Shown: one piece after another, positions 22,984 to 24,931 of the stretch | Position numbering within the stretch: position 1 is the stretch's first letter | How the letters are laid out: every line of letters begins with the position of its first letter | Virus record (IMG/VR): IMGVR_UViG_3300042475_001758 | Span: 1 to 24,931 of that record | Reading direction: 5' to 3' (one strand) | Source: a virus | Taxonomy: Duplodnaviria; Caudoviricetes | Length of the DNA: 24,931 bases | Notes under the pieces: model-generated | Told to the model about the DNA's origin: nothing | What the model saw: only the letters and a program-made list of their open reading frames with translations | Database searches by the model: none | Translations under genes and position numbers: made by a program

Positions 22984-23412
22984 ATGAGTTATGTTAAAGT
23001 AGAAAATGGAGAAGTGGTATCATACCCTTACTCTTTATACCAGCTAAAACAAGACAACCCTAACACCTCTTTTCCAGAATCAATTAGTAGTAGTATCCTA
23101 CTAGAGTATGGTGTACTTGAAGTCGTTCACTTACCACAACCCGGTTATGACTATCTTACTGAAAAACTAACTGAAGAAACTGAAGTTACCCTAGTAAATG
23201 GGTCATGGTGCGTTGGTTGGTCTGTGGTAGCTCTAACTAAAGAAGAAAAAGTAGAGCTAAAGATTAATCAAGAGAATCAACGTAGTATTGCCTATGCTAC
23301 TGAAGCTGATCCTTTGTTTTTTCAATGGCAGGCAGAAGAAGCTACAAAAGAAGAATGGCTAGCAAAACGTCAAGAAATTCGTGATCGCTATCCTTATCCT
23401 GAAGAAATTTAA
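22984..23412 (+). CDS. Putative tail fibre assembly-type protein (142 aa)
   Basis: Follows fibre genes; C-terminal EADPLFF...EWLAKRQEIRDRYPYP motif. Confidence 0.6.
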   Translation: MSYVKVENGEVVSYPYSLYQLKQDNPNTSFPESISSSILLEYGVLEVVHLPQPGYDYLTEKLTEETEVTLVNGSWCVGWSVVALTKEEKVELKINQENQRSIAYATEADPLFFQWQAEEATKEEWLAKRQEIRDRYPYPEEI

Positions 23413-23424
23413 TAGGAGAACTCA

Positions 23425-24931
23425 ATGAGTCTAACCCAAGACCTATTCGACAGGCAGATTGAGCACATGCTCACTATGCGTCGTTATCAAGAAGCGGCTA
23501 ACCTTCTCATCGACAGAGCTTCAACTCGTCATCGTGGGCTACTGAAAAAAATCTTAGGAAAAGACTTAAAAGATCGTTTATCCCTAGAGCGTGAGGTAAC
23601 TCGACATGTTCAAGAACTTTATGCTCTAGGCTCTAACTCTGTTTCTGATTTAATCGGAGCAGAATTGGACTTTCAAACAAACAATCTAAGACGTTCTGTT
23701 GGAGACTTTTACAGTGTCCAATCAGTTAACCGTGGACAGCTGTCTAGAGATATTATTAGCCAGCCTTTAAAGCTTTTTAACGAAACTAAGAATCACCCTA
23801 CTCTTGCTAAGAGCTTTGAGAACATTGGTGGCTCTGAGTTGACAAGAATTAACTTGACTATTCGTAAAGGCATTGCTTCAGGTGAAGTAGAAGAAGATAT
23901 CGTAAAGAAGGTACTTCAAACTACTAAATTGACAGATAACCAAGCTAAAACACTAGTCACTACCCACATGACTCAAGCTGACAACATTGTTAAACAAAAA
24001 GTATTTGAGGCTAACAAAGAAGTTTATTCTGGTTATGTCTTTACAGCTATTCTTGACTCACGTACTAGTGAGATTTGTTCTCGCTATGATAACTTATTCC
24101 AAAGTAATGACAACTTGAAAGTGCGTCCTCCGCTACACTGGCGTTGTCGTTCTGTTTTAGTTCCTGTGTTAAAAGGTAAAAAAGAAATACTTGCTAGCAC
24201 TTCTGATCGAGTAAACAAAACTGCTTTAGCTGCAGTTGCTGATAACAAGCTTACAGGAGCATTACCTCTAAAAGAAACCTTTGCTGATTGGTTGTTACGT
24301 CAACCTATGGCTACAAAGCTAGATAAACTAGGTTCTGAAGAGAAAGTAGCTTTATTTGAAAATGGTGCTTTATCTCTAACTGATTTCTTTAGTAACTTAG
24401 GTTCTCCGCTTGATATTAGCGCAGTTAGACTAAAAGATAACTTACTAACTTTATTTGGCCCAATTACAATGAAAGGGAAAGACCCGCAAGCTGCCTTCGT
24501 AGATGTTGCTCGCCCTTTCCAGTTAGTACGTTCTAAGCAAGCACAAAAAGATCTTGCAGACTTAATCGTAGCAGATTCTACAAATAGCAATTCTTCAATC
24601 AGCTTAACTGACTATCGAGGTACTTCACTTGCTGGTAAGCGTGGTGTAAGAACCGCTTCTAACAATGAATTTGATCCTCGTAATAACACCTTCGACCCCT
24701 TTACAGGTGAGAGCCGTTCTACTCTTTACTATGATCCAGATTTTACTTTGTTGAGAGAACGTGTAGACTACATGAAAGAGTCTAAGCTACTTGATCGTAA
24801 TCAAAAGCAATTTATTGAAGACTTTACAAACTCTCTTGAAGATCGAGTATCAGTAAATCAACAAACAGTAGTAGTTGAAAATCTGCGTGTGTTATTTGAA
24901 CGTTACCAAAAGAATCCAGTTCCTTGGGAAA
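23425..24931 (+). CDS. MuF/SPP1 gp7-like head morphogenesis protein with long C-terminal extension (runs off right end)
   Basis: Not in track (no stop). AGGAG SD, ATG 23425, open to window end; AILDSRTSEICSRYD...RPPLHWRCRSVLVP MuF signature at ~24046-24165. Confidence 0.85.
   Translation, partial: MSLTQDLFDRQIEHMLTMRRYQEAANLLIDRASTRHRGLLKKILGKDLKDRLSLEREVTRHVQELYALGSNSVSDLIGAELDFQTNNLRRSVGDFYSVQSVNRGQLSRDIISQPLKLFNETKNHPTLAKSFENIGGSELTRINLTIRKGIASGEVEEDIVKKVLQTTKLTDNQAKTLVTTHMTQADNIVKQKVFEANKEVYSGYVFTAILDSRTSEICSRYDNLFQSNDNLKVRPPLHWRCRSVLVPVLKGKKEILASTSDRVNKTALAAVADNKLTGALPLKETFADWLLRQPMATKLDKLGSEEKVALFENGALSLTDFFSNLGSPLDISAVRLKDNLLTLFGPITMKGKDPQAAFVDVARPFQLVRSKQAQKDLADLIVADSTNSNSSISLTDYRGTSLAGKRGVRTASNNEFDPRNNTFDPFTGESRSTLYYDPDFTLLRERVDYMKESKLLDRNQKQFIEDFTNSLEDRVSVNQQTVVVENLRVLFERYQKNPVPWE

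Noticed and set aside
24300-24590. Minus-strand 96-aa ORF
   Set aside because: Antisense to the open MuF frame.

Overview
Fragment of an AT-rich tailed dsDNA phage genome. The host is probably an alphaproteobacterium (inference only, from the IHF-like, SleB-like and small-gene repertoire). Layout: a partial HU/IHF-like gene (-) divergent from the terminase large subunit (+, 151-1506); a ~10 kb minus-strand block of ~35 small genes (HNH endonuclease, SleB-like hydrolase, two Zn-deaminases, Lar-like protein, tiny membrane peptides) containing three tRNA genes; then a plus-strand block with PhoH, portal, virion/tail-fibre genes, a six-repeat propeller protein and a long MuF/gp7-like ORF running off the right end. 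Main signals not in the ORF track: (1) a ~115-nt leader with three tandem pseudoknots, present twice with compensatory base changes, whose last pseudoknot recurs alone upstream of two more genes (4 copies); (2) a non-canonical 92-nt tRNA-like gene with UAU anticodon, long variable arm and AUCGAAA T-loop; (3) a 17-bp identical promoter-like motif in two inverted copies, one followed by a G5AG6 tract in a gene-free gap (candidate transcription-primed origin). All calls come from manual reading; no searches or folding programs were run.
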